DNA from: a candidate division WOR-3 bacterium
Lineage (GTDB): Bacteria; Hydrothermota; Hydrothermia; LBFQ01
Direction of reading: 5' to 3'
Length of the DNA stretch: 63,245 nucleotides
Assembly (NCBI GenBank): GCA_027050205.1
Contig: JALUCS010000007.1
Span: 458 to 63,702 of the forward strand
Below the pieces are notes generated by a model. The model was not told where the DNA came from, did no database searches, and was given only the letters and a program-made list of their open reading frames with translations. Positions 10,428 to 21,561 of the stretch are shown here, piece by piece. The translations under genes and the position numbers were made by a program. The stretch's first letter is position 1. Each line of letters opens with the position of its first letter.

Positions 10428-11498
10428 GTGAGGAAGCAGTACGAGGAGGTCCTTGAGAGGTTCTCGGAGCTGGAGAGGAAGATAGCCTATCCGCAGAACT
10501 ATACCCACGAGGAATTTCAAAAACTCCTGAACGAGTACAAGGGCCTGAAGAGGGCGGCCGAGCTGATAAGGAGGTTGAAGGAGGTTGAAGGGGACATAGA
10601 GGCCATAAGGGAGCTACTATCCGAGGAGAGGGACCCGGAGTTGGAGGCGGAGATGGAGAGTCTTCAGGAGGAGGCAGAGAGACTGGACGAGAGGATCTTC
10701 TACGCCCTCATACCGAGGGATCCAAGGGACGAGGGGAACGCCATCCTTGAGATAAGGGCGGGGGTAGGCGGAGAGGAGGCCGCCCTCTTCGCCGGGGATC
10801 TGGCCAAGATGTACATCCGCTTCGCCGAGAGGAAGGGGTGGAAGGTCTCAATAACGGACTTCACGGAGAGCGACCTCGGCGGCTACAAGGAGATAACCCT
10901 CCTGATTGAGGGGAAGGGGGCCTACGGCCTACTGAAGTTTGAGGGAGGGGTCCACCGCGTCCAGCGGGTGCCGATAACGGAGACCTCCGGCAGGATTCAC
11001 ACCTCCGCAGCCTCCGTGGTGGTACTTCCGGAGTACGAGGACGTTGAGGTGGAAATAAGGCCGGAGGACCTGAAGATAGATACCTTCCGGTCGGGGGGTG
11101 CCGGTGGCCAGCACGTGAATAAGACGGAATCGGCCGTACGCATCACCCACATACCGACGGGCATAGTGGTCACGGTGCAGGACGAGAGGTCCCAGCACCA
11201 GAACAGGGCCAAGGCCTTGAGGATCCTGAAGGCGAGGCTGCGGGAGTACTACGAGAGCCAGAAGGAGGCGGAGTTGAGGCAGCTCCGGAAGGTCTACGTA
11301 GGCTCCGGGGACCGTTCGGAGAAGATAAGGACCTACAACTTCCCCCAGAACAGGGTGACGGACCACCGCATAAACTTCACCATATACAACCTTGAGGGGG
11401 TACTCAACGGGGAGCTGGACCCCATAATTGAGGCCCTCTTAGAGGCCGACCTTAAGGCGAGGGCGAAGGAGATGGGTATCGCCAAGGAGACCTCCTGA
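10428..11498 (+). CDS. prfA: Peptide chain release factor 1
   Basis: [27 protein letters not shown] (PxT), [11 protein letters not shown] and [16 protein letters not shown] motifs. Confidence 0.97.
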   Translation: MRKQYEEVLERFSELERKIAYPQNYTHEEFQKLLNEYKGLKRAAELIRRLKEVEGDIEAIRELLSEERDPELEAEMESLQEEAERLDERIFYALIPRDPRDEGNAILEIRAGVGGEEAALFAGDLAKMYIRFAERKGWKVSITDFTESDLGGYKEITLLIEGKGAYGLLKFEGGVHRVQRVPITETSGRIHTSAASVVVLPEYEDVEVEIRPEDLKIDTFRSGGAGGQHVNKTESAVRITHIPTGIVVTVQDERSQHQNRAKALRILKARLREYYESQKEAELRQLRKVYVGSGDRSEKIRTYNFPQNRVTDHRINFTIYNLEGVLNGELDPIIEALLEADLKARAKEMGIAKETS

Positions 11499-11547
11499 AG
11501 GGTGGGGTTAAGCGGTGGCCTTTCACCGTTAGAATCAGCACTCGCAT

Positions 11548-13041
11548 ATGGTTTGGAAGGTGGGTATTTTGTCCGTTTATACGGTCCTCCTGCTCTTCTT
11601 CGGTCTGGTGTCCTTGAGGTACCTGTTCCACATCCTGGCCTTTTTCTTCCTGCGCCGTAAGTGGAGCCTCAAGCGGCCGGAGTTGAGGAGGTACCCTAAG
11701 GTTTGCGTTCAACTTCCCGTCTATAACGAGCCTTTCGTCGTTGAGAGGGTTATAAGGGCGGCAGCCCGGTTGAAGTGGCCGAGGGGCAAACTGGAGATAC
11801 AGGTCCTGGACGATTCCAACGACGAGACGCCGGCGGTGGTTGCAAAGGTGGTGGAGGAGCTGAAGAGTGAAGGTATAAACATCCTCCACGTTAGGCGTGG
11901 GAATCGGAAGGGGTTCAAGGCCGGGGCGTTGGCCTACGGTATGGAGTTGAGCGATGCCGAGTACTTCGCCATATTTGACGCCGACTTCGTTCCACCGGAG
12001 GACTTCCTCCTCCGAACCGTCCCCTTCCTTGAGGCTAACCCCCGTCTGGCCGGTGTCCAGACCCGCTGGGGGTTCCTCAACGAGGACGCCAGCCTCCTCA
12101 CCAAGGCCCAGGCCTTTATGCTGAACCTCCACTTCGTCGTTGAGCAGTTCGTCCGCAGTCGCCTTGGCCTCTGGATGACCTTCAACGGTACAGCCGGGGT
12201 CCTGAAGAGGTCGGCCGTGGAGTGGGCCGGGGGTTGGCAGACGGAGACCCTCACCGAGGACTCCGACCTCTCCATAAGGTTATACGACAGGGGGTACAGG
12301 ATCCTATACCTGCCCGACGTGGTTGTCCCCTCCGAGCTGCCCGACTCCGTCCTCGCCTTCAAGGCCCAACAGAAGAGGTGGGCCAAGGGCGGGGCGCAGG
12401 TCCTCCGGAAGCACTGGCGGAAGCTCCTCTCCCCCGAATGGCCTATGGGCTGGAAGATGGAGGTCCTCATGCAGACCTTCGGAAACGTCGGATATCCCCT
12501 CGGCCTCCTACTTATGCTCCTCCTTCCTCCCGTCCTCCACATCAAGTTCGCTGGCGACTACCCCCGCCTCTTCCTCCTCATGGGCATCTGGGCGGTACTT
12601 ACCATAGCCGTCGTCTGGCTGGCCTTCGCCGTAGCCCACGCCTTCGCCCGCAGGGACTGGAGGGCGCTCCTGATGGTCCCCCTCGGAATGGCCGTAGTGG
12701 GAGGCCTAGCCCTCAACAACACCAACGCCGTCCTTGAGGGCCTCTTTGGGGATAGGGGGGTCTTTGAAAGGACGCCAAAGGCGGGGGAGAGGGGTACCAT
12801 AACCGTCCGTGGCATAAGCAAGAGCCTCCTCGTCTCCAAACTGGAGGTGGCCTTCTCCGCTTACCTCCTCGCCCTCGTACTCTTGAGCGCCGTCACCTTC
12901 CAGCTCGTCCTCGGCCTGGCGTTGGCCACCACCTCCTTCGGCCTGATGTGGCTGGGGACCTCCTCCGTCATAAGGATAGAGGAAGAGGTGCCGGAGAGCG
13001 TCTGGGATTGGGAAGTGGAAGAGGTACGGGAGGCGGCTTAA
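11548..13041 (+). CDS. Processive GT2 glycosyltransferase (cellulose/mannan synthase-like)
   Basis: QLPVYNE, DDS, FKAGAL, FDADF, TED and QQKRW motifs; C-terminal TM helices. Confidence 0.9.
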   Translation: MVWKVGILSVYTVLLLFFGLVSLRYLFHILAFFFLRRKWSLKRPELRRYPKVCVQLPVYNEPFVVERVIRAAARLKWPRGKLEIQVLDDSNDETPAVVAKVVEELKSEGINILHVRRGNRKGFKAGALAYGMELSDAEYFAIFDADFVPPEDFLLRTVPFLEANPRLAGVQTRWGFLNEDASLLTKAQAFMLNLHFVVEQFVRSRLGLWMTFNGTAGVLKRSAVEWAGGWQTETLTEDSDLSIRLYDRGYRILYLPDVVVPSELPDSVLAFKAQQKRWAKGGAQVLRKHWRKLLSPEWPMGWKMEVLMQTFGNVGYPLGLLLMLLLPPVLHIKFAGDYPRLFLLMGIWAVLTIAVVWLAFAVAHAFARRDWRALLMVPLGMAVVGGLALNNTNAVLEGLFGDRGVFERTPKAGERGTITVRGISKSLLVSKLEVAFSAYLLALVLLSAVTFQLVLGLALATTSFGLMWLGTSSVIRIEEEVPESVWDWEVEEVREAA

Positions 13042-13064
13042 CCTCCTCCGTATAATCCCCTTAT

Positions 13065-14639
13065 ATGCTCTGGATCGTACTCGCGGCGGATACCGTAAAG
13101 GTTTTTTCAGCGTATGAACCTTCCCCACCGAGGGAGTATATCCCCCTGACGGTGGAGGAGTTGAGGGAGTTCACCCGCATAAACCGCTTTGAGCGGGCTA
13201 TGAGGGGAAAAACGGATGGAGGGAGTGGGAACGCCCCCACCTTCCTACCTTACCCTTCGGACACCCTCCTGAACGACTTTGAGACCATAGACTACACGGG
13301 GTGGATCCCACCCGACCCCCAGATGGCCGCCGGCTCCACCCATGTCGGGGTGGTGGTGAATACCAGCATAGCCTTCTACCGGAAGACGGACGGCTCCGAG
13401 GCGTACTTCAACACCCTAAGGGGCTTCTTCTCATCTGTGATACCCTCCGGTGGTTTGGCCTTTGACCCCAAGATAGCCTACGACATCCTCGCCGGACGTT
13501 GGCTCGTCCTCGCCCTGTACTACAACTACTCCTCCGACGCCTCCTACTACCTCCTCGCCGTATCCGAGACGGACGACCCCCTCGGAGGTTGGTACTTCTA
13601 CCGCTTAAACGCCAAGTACGACGATAACACCTACACCAACAACTGGGCGGACTACCCTTCCCTGGGCTTCAACGACAGGTGGATAGTACTATCATCGCAG
13701 CAGGTTGGCTCCGGCTATTACCCCAAGGTGAGGGTCCTGAACAAGGACAGCGCCTACAACGGTACCCTTAGCGGATGGACGGAGGACTTCGTAGATAGCG
13801 AGCTGGGCTGCATATACAACTGGCCGAGGATTTCCCGGTCAACCTACGACTACTCCGGGGACGTCTACGTGGTGTCCTACCGCTACCTATACAAGATCTA
13901 CGGCCCTACGAATAACCCCCAGCTTTCCCCCTGCATCACCCTCCCCCTCTCCTCCTACGGCTACCCTCCGGACGCCCCGCAGGGTGGTGGATACGACGAC
14001 CTTGAGGCCGTCCCCGCCACCTTTCAGGTGTATTACCTCAACGGCAAGTTATACTACACCTTCCACGAGGAGCATCCCCTAAACTCCTACTTAGTCGCCG
14101 GCAGGCTCGTCATCTTAGACACCGCTGGCAGCGTCCTTGAGGATATAGACTTGTACGAGAACGGCCTCTCGTGGTTGTACCCGGCCGTCTCCGTCTCCCC
14201 CAAGGGGTTGGCCGTCAGCTTCACGAGGGTGGGGACGGTTTCCGGCCAGTACCCCTCCGCCGCCTATATAGCCCGCGCCTCCTACGATACGGCCTTCTCC
14301 CCCGTAAGGGTGTATAGGGCAGGCCTCTCGTGGTACTACAACGACCACGGCTCCGGCAGGAACAGGTGGGGGGATTACTTCGGGGGGGGACCCGACCCCG
14401 TAGACTCCACCCTATGGGTCATAGCCGAGCTGCCCAAGGCCGGGAGCGACTCTTTATGGACGACCTGGGTCGCCAACGTTGGCTTCGGCTCCCCGCCCCT
14501 TGAGGTCGTTGAAGTGGGGGACGTCAAAGGTGCCTCGGCCGTATATACGGTGGATGGTAGGCGGGCCGATAGGGTACGGAGGGGCAGGATATACTTCCTC
14601 CTCAAAGGCGGGAAGGTGCGGAAGGTCTTAGTGCGTTAG
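13065..14639 (+). CDS. Secreted protein of unknown function with T9SS-like tail
   Basis: PPDP..AAG, DP+++YD, DYP.LG and RWGDY motifs; tail VYTVDGRR..GRIYFL..KVLVR. Confidence 0.75.
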   Translation: MLWIVLAADTVKVFSAYEPSPPREYIPLTVEELREFTRINRFERAMRGKTDGGSGNAPTFLPYPSDTLLNDFETIDYTGWIPPDPQMAAGSTHVGVVVNTSIAFYRKTDGSEAYFNTLRGFFSSVIPSGGLAFDPKIAYDILAGRWLVLALYYNYSSDASYYLLAVSETDDPLGGWYFYRLNAKYDDNTYTNNWADYPSLGFNDRWIVLSSQQVGSGYYPKVRVLNKDSAYNGTLSGWTEDFVDSELGCIYNWPRISRSTYDYSGDVYVVSYRYLYKIYGPTNNPQLSPCITLPLSSYGYPPDAPQGGGYDDLEAVPATFQVYYLNGKLYYTFHEEHPLNSYLVAGRLVILDTAGSVLEDIDLYENGLSWLYPAVSVSPKGLAVSFTRVGTVSGQYPSAAYIARASYDTAFSPVRVYRAGLSWYYNDHGSGRNRWGDYFGGGPDPVDSTLWVIAELPKAGSDSLWTTWVANVGFGSPPLEVVEVGDVKGASAVYTVDGRRADRVRRGRIYFLLKGGKVRKVLVR

Positions 14640-15634
14640 TAGGGAGGGGTTCGGAAGAGCAGGGCCTCAAGGAGGGGGAAGGCGTAGTGGCCGGCTCCGA
14701 GGGGGCCAAGGACGGAGGAGAGCATAAGGACGAGGCCCAGCCTACCCACCTTTGGGGGGACGTTCCGGTACGCCATAGTTAGGAGGAGGACGATAACGAG
14801 TATAGAGACCCAGCGAGGGTAGTCGTAGCCGACGGCGAAGAGGAGGAGGCCGGAGAAGGGGGAGAGCCTGACGGGGAGGGGGAGGGACGGGGTGGAGCGG
14901 AGGTATAGGACAGCGTAGCCTAAAAGGAGGAGAAGGGGCAGGAGGAAGTCCCACGGTCGCCTTGGGAACTCCGAGAGGACGTAAGACAGGTTGGTTTTGA
15001 GGACGTCCGAAACCCCAAGGGAGAGGACCTCGTAGGCACCGGGGACGGCTCCCTCCGGTACCGTAGAGGGCGGCCCCTTCCCCCATACGAGGAGGGCGAG
15101 GAGGACACCCAAACCGACCGTGGCCGTTAGGAGGGCCAGGAACCGGTCCTCCTCCCACAGGGCGGCCACCACTACGGGGAGGGCGTACAGGACGTAGGCC
15201 TCGTGCGTAAGCACCCCCAGGGCCGTAAGGACGGGGATGGGCCAGTACGGACCCCTCCGCCTGATGAGGAGTAGGGAGGTGGCCAGAAGGAGGAGGTTGA
15301 AGTGGTCGTACCTCCCCACGTCAAACCCCATATGTAGGGCGGTGGCGGGGGACAGGAGGAAGAGGAGGTAGAGCCGTACATCCTCCGTAAGAAACGTGAA
15401 GGTCAGGGCGAGGAGGAGGGAGGCGGTGAAGGTACCCCAGAAGGCGAAGAGTTTTAGCTCCCCGAAGGGTAGGGCGAGGGTGCCGACGAGTCCCCGCCTT
15501 ACGAAGCCGTAGGTGTAGTTGAGGTGGTAGTAAGAGGCCACCCAATCGCTCACTGCACGGCCGAGGGAGCCGAAGTAGAGGACGGGGACGAGGAAGAGCA
15601 GGGCGAAGGCGAAGAGAAAGAGGATGCGACGCAA
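14636..15634 (-). CDS. Polytopic membrane protein (possibly GT-C-like)
   Basis: About 9-10 hydrophobic segments; GFVRRGLVG and THE motifs; TAAAAT 6 nt before TTG. Confidence 0.6.
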   Translation of the reverse strand: MRRILFLFAFALLFLVPVLYFGSLGRAVSDWVASYYHLNYTYGFVRRGLVGTLALPFGELKLFAFWGTFTASLLLALTFTFLTEDVRLYLLFLLSPATALHMGFDVGRYDHFNLLLLATSLLLIRRRGPYWPIPVLTALGVLTHEAYVLYALPVVVAALWEEDRFLALLTATVGLGVLLALLVWGKGPPSTVPEGAVPGAYEVLSLGVSDVLKTNLSYVLSEFPRRPWDFLLPLLLLLGYAVLYLRSTPSLPLPVRLSPFSGLLLFAVGYDYPRWVSILVIVLLLTMAYRNVPPKVGRLGLVLMLSSVLGPLGAGHYAFPLLEALLFRTPPY

Positions 15635-15813
15635 GATGGTATTTTAACGAGGACTCCTTATGTTTCTCTGTTGCCCAACGTCAAGGAATTCGTGGTACTT
15701 TGGCAACTTTTCCGGAGGTAGGTTCCCCACTGTAAGACTGTCGCACTTTTCAACGTATTTCTGTAAAAGTGAGACACCTTTGTGCCGTCCTCCGCCGGTG
15801 CGACCGGTACGGA

Positions 15814-16023
15814 GTATTACGCCGATGGGGTGAGCGCTCCGTAGTCTCGTCAAACTGGACGGTGAAATTTTAAAGGTAAGCTTTCAGTTTACGAAAGTAA
15901 CCCTTTATGTTTCTTAAATAGGGATTAGCGATTTCCTAAAGGACAAGTTTCGGATTTTGAAAATACGTTAGCCTTCCATCCGACGGCGAAGGAACCTAGG
16001 TATCCCTCTACCGGTTCAATACC
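15814..16023. repeat. Dispersed intergenic repeat, copy B
   Basis: Homologous to 7134-7358. Confidence 0.85.
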
Positions 16024-16092
16024 CTGTTTTTGAAAGGCTCCCACCACATCCGAACGGACAGCCGACCCGCCTACTCCTGTACCAGAACGTGA

Positions 16093-17223
<1,131 letters not shown>

Positions 17224-17429
17224 GGTTTCTTGCAGTTGAGGTGAAGAAGTATCTTTCAGGGATAAACGGCGTTTAGACGGTCCCTCAATCGTACAACCGA
17301 AAGATTCCAAGGGGAAAAGTTCGGAGGCTCACTCACCTTTCTACCTTCAAGGGCGGAAATTTCGCCCCACACCCCACCTTAAGTGCTTAAATTATTAGGG
17401 TTCAAAAAAAAATCAATTTTATTTGATGA

Positions 17430-17486
17430 TGACACGGGTTGACATCAAGTGTGCGACGGCAATATTCTTTTCTCTCCAAAAGGAGG
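17430..17486 (+). promoter_or_regulatory. Promoter and RBS of the Cys-peptide operon
   Basis: TTGACA 17439-17444, 18-bp spacer, TATTCT 17463-17468; TGACA direct repeat at 17430 and 17440; A/T tract upstream; AAGGAGG before ATG 17494. Confidence 0.6.
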
Positions 17487-17493
17487 TAGAATT

Positions 17494-17697
17494 ATGAGAA
17501 AGGTCGCCCTCATCTTAGCAACGGCTTACGTGATTCTCGGGACGGCGTTCGCTCTCTACCCCAAGAGGGTGGAGGCGAGGAAGAAGATCATCTTCGCTTC
17601 CGGTATCTCTATCAACGATGTTGTCTGCCGCTGTCCGAGCAGCGCTGCTTCGTGCTACTGCGCCTTCCTGGTAGATGATGGCAGCTCTTCGCAGTAA
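17494..17697 (+). CDS. Secreted Cys-rich peptide 1 (CRCPSSAASCYC)
   Basis: Strong SD; signal peptide ending VEA; CxCPx5CxC motif. Confidence 0.85.
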   Translation: MRKVALILATAYVILGTAFALYPKRVEARKKIIFASGISINDVVCRCPSSAASCYCAFLVDDGSSSQ

Positions 17698-17718
17698 AGG
17701 AAAGGGAGGTATAAGGCT

Positions 17719-17949
17719 ATGAAGCGGCTGATAGGCGCTCTCGTGATCCTCGCCTACGTGGTTGTAGGGCTGTACGTGGCCCTAAGGCCCGCGACCGTTA
17801 CCGCTAAGGGGCCATCTCCGGCAGATATATATCCCGGCAGCAAAGTGGTGATAGATGGGGGTACGTCAATACTCAAAGAGTCCGGAAGTGGCCCCTGGAT
17901 ATGCGCGTGTCCTGACAGCCACCGCACCTGCTACTGCCAGGTAGACTAA
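17719..17949 (+). CDS. Secreted Cys-rich peptide 2 (CACPDSHRTCYC)
   Basis: GGGAGGT SD; signal peptide ending VTA; same motif. Confidence 0.85.
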   Translation: MKRLIGALVILAYVVVGLYVALRPATVTAKGPSPADIYPGSKVVIDGGTSILKESGSGPWICACPDSHRTCYCQVD

Positions 17950-17967
17950 CACCCTTAAAATACGACC

Positions 17968-18705
17968 ATGTTAATCGTCGCCCTGGCTCCAAGTTACGAC
18001 CTCTTTCACTGCACCTATGGAGACAAGACCTACGCCCTCGTAGGGGGGAGGATAGTTTCGGGAGGGGACACCGTAAGGCTCTCCCCTCCCCCTCCCTCCG
18101 GTAAGTACAACTTCTTAGTCGGGTGCAACGACGGTTTCTTCGTAGTGGAGTGGTACAGGAGGAGGGTGCGGTACTATGACCCAGACGGAAATCTCAAGGT
18201 GAAATTCCTCATAAGGGCCGACCATACCCAGCCCCTCCAGGTCTTCAGGTACGGCGACCGGATAATAATGAACGCCTCCTCTCCGAGACGTCTTAGAGGA
18301 GCCAGAACCCTCAACTACGGCTACTACATCCAGATATACGATCTGAACGGGGTCTATGACACCTCCGCCTTCCCCATGCCCAGAGAGGTGGACAGGCTCG
18401 GATACAACGACACCTACACCTTCATGTACCTCAAGGGGGACACCGTCTATTACGCCTTCCACTTCTACCCCTGCGTATTCAAGTTGGACGCGAGGACCTT
18501 CAAGGTAGTGGGTAAGTCCTGCGGCCTCTTTCCCATGCCCAAACCCGGCCGTATCACCTACGAGAGGTACGGTAAGGATAGCGTCCCCCGGTGGCCGGAG
18601 TATCCGGACACCCTGCCCTCAATAGTCGCTCTGTACGATAGGGCGGGGAGGATGTACGTAAAGGTGTCTGATGGGAGAGAGGTTAAAGAACTTCCCCTTC
18701 GTTAG
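17968..18705 (+). CDS. Exported beta-rich protein, possibly a partial beta-propeller
   Basis: Blade-like units YYDPDGNLK, IYDLNGVY, KLDARTFKVV; short hydrophobic N-terminus. Confidence 0.55.
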   Translation: MLIVALAPSYDLFHCTYGDKTYALVGGRIVSGGDTVRLSPPPPSGKYNFLVGCNDGFFVVEWYRRRVRYYDPDGNLKVKFLIRADHTQPLQVFRYGDRIIMNASSPRRLRGARTLNYGYYIQIYDLNGVYDTSAFPMPREVDRLGYNDTYTFMYLKGDTVYYAFHFYPCVFKLDARTFKVVGKSCGLFPMPKPGRITYERYGKDSVPRWPEYPDTLPSIVALYDRAGRMYVKVSDGREVKELPLR

Positions 18706-19159
18706 CGTCCTCCTCTTCCTATTCTCCGCCTTCCTTTTGTGGAGGGTCAGCGTCCTCAAGGAGTACGAGGCCTTCGCCATGGACATCCTCCACAGGGTAC
18801 CCGCCCCCCTCGTCCTCTCCTCCGTAGGCAGGGGGACCCACATCGTCTACGTGCAACCTCCTACGGCCTGTATAGTGGCACCCGAAGAGTGGCGGAAACT
18901 CACCTCTCACCCGGCTACGGTCCTCGTTCTCCCTCACGGGGACGCCGAAGAGAGCCGGAAGTGGCTCAAGAGTATGAGGTACAGGGGGAAGGTCGTATTG
19001 GACACGGGGGAGGTCTTCCTGAAGCTCTTTAAGGTCTTCGGCGTCAAGCAGCCACCCCTGAAGCTGGTCGTTAAGGACGGGAGGATTGTATTCTACGAGG
19101 CCGGCCCCTCCGACGGCTCGGCCGTTTTGCGGGCTTATCATTTCTACTCAGGGAGGTAA
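18671..19159 (+). CDS. Membrane-anchored thioredoxin-fold-like protein with a single Cys
   Basis: N-terminal TM; YVQPPTACIVAPEEW; VVLDTG..FGVKQPPLKLVVKDGRIVF resembles a TlpA/AhpC C-terminus. Confidence 0.5.
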   Translation: MGERLKNFPFVSVLLFLFSAFLLWRVSVLKEYEAFAMDILHRVPAPLVLSSVGRGTHIVYVQPPTACIVAPEEWRKLTSHPATVLVLPHGDAEESRKWLKSMRYRGKVVLDTGEVFLKLFKVFGVKQPPLKLVVKDGRIVFYEAGPSDGSAVLRAYHFYSGR

Positions 19160-19161
19160 GT

Positions 19162-21270
19162 ATGGTAATTTTGTATGCACTTACTGGATTCACGGATAGC
19201 GTTTTTACGCTCCCTAAGTTGAGGGACGTGGAGATAGACGGAGAGCTTGAGAGCGTCTGGGACTCCGCCCTAACCTTCAAGGACTTCCGGCAGCAGTACC
19301 CAACACTTGACGGGGACGTACCCTATCCCACGACCGCCAAGGTCTTCTATACGGACAAAGCCATATACGTCGCCTTCGTATGCGAGGGCAGAAAGCCCGT
19401 CCTCCAGAGGGGCAAGCGCGGTTCCCTATCTCCCGACGAGGTCTCCTTCACCCTTGACCCCTACGACGCCACAGGCAAGAGGTACTACGGATTCTTCGCC
19501 GACCCCTTCGGGAACAGGGGAGACGTTGAGGTGAACTCCGGTATGTTCAATTCACAGTGGGACACGGAGTGGGAGGCGGCCGGTAAGATAACGGATAACG
19601 GCTACATCGTTGAGATGAGGATCCCCTTCAAAGCCTTCCGGTACCGGAGGGGGAACGTATGGGGGATGGCCTTCGGCAGGGGGACGGCCGACGGATACAG
19701 TTTCCGGATACCTCTTAACCGCAAGGGGATCTTCCCCGATATGCTGAAGGTAAGGCTCTCCCCTCCCCTCTCGTGGGCCTTGACCCTCATGCCCTACATC
19801 ACCTACCGGAAAGACTCGCTCTACAACCTCTGGATAGGGGAGTACGAGAGGTACGAAAGGGCCTACGGCGGCGGGGACGTAAGGCTAACCCTTGAGGATA
19901 ACTTCGCCCACCTGACCGTAAAGCCCGACTTCTCCAACGTTGAGTCCGACCCCTACTACATAAACGTCGGCCGCTACCGGTACTTCCTCCAGGAACGGAG
20001 GCCCTTCTTCACCCACGATATGGACCTCTTCCAGCCCAACTTCAACGCCTTCCTCCCCTACACCATGCTTCTATACACCCGCAATATCGGAATGGACGAT
20101 TACGGGAACGAGCTCCCCATAACCTTCGGCCTGAAGGGGGGGCTGTCGCTGTTCGGGACGAACGTTGCCCTACTTACGGTGAGGACGGACTCCGGCCAGA
20201 TGTGGAACGCCCTCCGCACCAACTACCGGGGGAAGAACATCGCCGTTGGAACCTTCCTCGCCAGATACACCGGTACCTATCCGTACCCCGACTTCAACAA
20301 CCCCGGCAGTTTCATAGCCATCAGGGATACTAATGTCCTCGCGGATGTGGATGTGACCTTCAACTACGGCTACTTCCAGGGCGGGTTCGTCGCGATGCAC
20401 GCGGACTACTACGACGATCTCGGCGGTTGGCGGAGCGGGTGGACCAGGGCCTTCGGTTTCGGGTACGAGTCCCAGGAGTGGAATGTTGGTTTCTCCTACA
20501 GCGAGATAGACTCCCTCTTCTACGCCGAGAGGATAACCTACATGCCCGCCGCCGGTTCAAAATACGCCGGATTCACCATCCACAAGACCTTCTTCAACCT
20601 GGGGAAGTTGAACTACCTCGGTGTTGGGACGGAGTTTAGTGTGACCAGGGATGCCGGTGAGCCTCTCTCCAAGTTCGTCAGCCCGTCTCTGGGCCTCTCC
20701 TTCGGGCGGGGACACAGCATCTACCTCTCGTCGGACCTGGGGGACGCCTACAGTTACGACCCCTTCCGCGACACGTTGGTGCATTACTTCTCAAGGGATT
20801 TCAGGCTGTCCTCCTACTTCAACGTCAGGGCCAACTACCTCGGTATGTGGTTCTCCACCGGAAACCTGTACAACTACGCCACGGGGCAGCTCGGAGACTA
20901 CTCCACGCTTAACCTGAACCTCCCGTGGAGGTTCTCGGAGTTCTTCAGGACTTCTGATGCCGTAAGGGTGTGGCTCTACCCCGGAATGGACCCCACCTAC
21001 TCCAACATCCTCCGCCTCACCTTCTCCCTCGGAAACCTCGCCACCGTCCGCACCGGCTGGGAGAAGAACGTCCGCAAAGGTGAGAGGGGTCTCGTCGGTC
21101 TATACGATCGCGTCTGGGTCTTCCTATCCTTTGAAAAAGGTCTTACCGGCTTATACGTCTCCTTCAATACTAAGCTCAATCCCACCGACACCCTCAACAT
21201 CAACCCCTTCAAGTACGAGAGGGCGGACTACATCTTCGGTGTCAAGTTCAAGGGGTACCTTAGACTATGA
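19162..21270 (+). CDS. CBM9-like domain fused to DUF5916-type beta-barrel
   Basis: IDGELESVW, AIYVAF, WDTEW, GYIVEMRIPF; TVKPDFSNVESD, ERRPFF and YTRNIG motifs. Confidence 0.8.
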   Translation: MVILYALTGFTDSVFTLPKLRDVEIDGELESVWDSALTFKDFRQQYPTLDGDVPYPTTAKVFYTDKAIYVAFVCEGRKPVLQRGKRGSLSPDEVSFTLDPYDATGKRYYGFFADPFGNRGDVEVNSGMFNSQWDTEWEAAGKITDNGYIVEMRIPFKAFRYRRGNVWGMAFGRGTADGYSFRIPLNRKGIFPDMLKVRLSPPLSWALTLMPYITYRKDSLYNLWIGEYERYERAYGGGDVRLTLEDNFAHLTVKPDFSNVESDPYYINVGRYRYFLQERRPFFTHDMDLFQPNFNAFLPYTMLLYTRNIGMDDYGNELPITFGLKGGLSLFGTNVALLTVRTDSGQMWNALRTNYRGKNIAVGTFLARYTGTYPYPDFNNPGSFIAIRDTNVLADVDVTFNYGYFQGGFVAMHADYYDDLGGWRSGWTRAFGFGYESQEWNVGFSYSEIDSLFYAERITYMPAAGSKYAGFTIHKTFFNLGKLNYLGVGTEFSVTRDAGEPLSKFVSPSLGLSFGRGHSIYLSSDLGDAYSYDPFRDTLVHYFSRDFRLSSYFNVRANYLGMWFSTGNLYNYATGQLGDYSTLNLNLPWRFSEFFRTSDAVRVWLYPGMDPTYSNILRLTFSLGNLATVRTGWEKNVRKGERGLVGLYDRVWVFLSFEKGLTGLYVSFNTKLNPTDTLNINPFKYERADYIFGVKFKGYLRL

Positions 21271-21482
21271 CGAGGTTCCTCTTTGCTCTCGGTTTCGGGG
21301 CGCTGTTGGTTGCGGGTAGCCCACCGGCGGAGGCGAAGAGGGGGAGGGATATGGACCTCGGAATGAAGGTGAAGGTCCAGGTGGGCGATAGCACCTTAAT
21401 GCTGTGCCGCTGTCCGACGAACTACGGCAACTGCTTCTGCACGCCGAAGGGGATGATAGACGAGAGGGACGTAGGGAGGTAG
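21267..21482 (+). CDS. Secreted Cys-rich peptide 3 (CRCPTNYGNCFC)
   Basis: ATGA-coupled to the upstream gene; signal peptide ending AEA; same motif. Confidence 0.82.
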   Translation: MTRFLFALGFGALLVAGSPPAEAKRGRDMDLGMKVKVQVGDSTLMLCRCPTNYGNCFCTPKGMIDERDVGR

Positions 21483-21541
21483 GTTAGGGCCTCTGTCGGG
21501 GCAACAGGGGGCGTCTTTATCCCATCCGCCCTACGTCCCTC
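21464..21541. terminator. Long hairpin between convergent genes
   Basis: GAGGGACGTAGGG (21464-21476) pairs with CCCTACGTCCCTC (21529-21541) and encloses an inner imperfect stem. Confidence 0.5.
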
Positions 21542-21561
21542 CCCTATGGACGTCTGTTATC

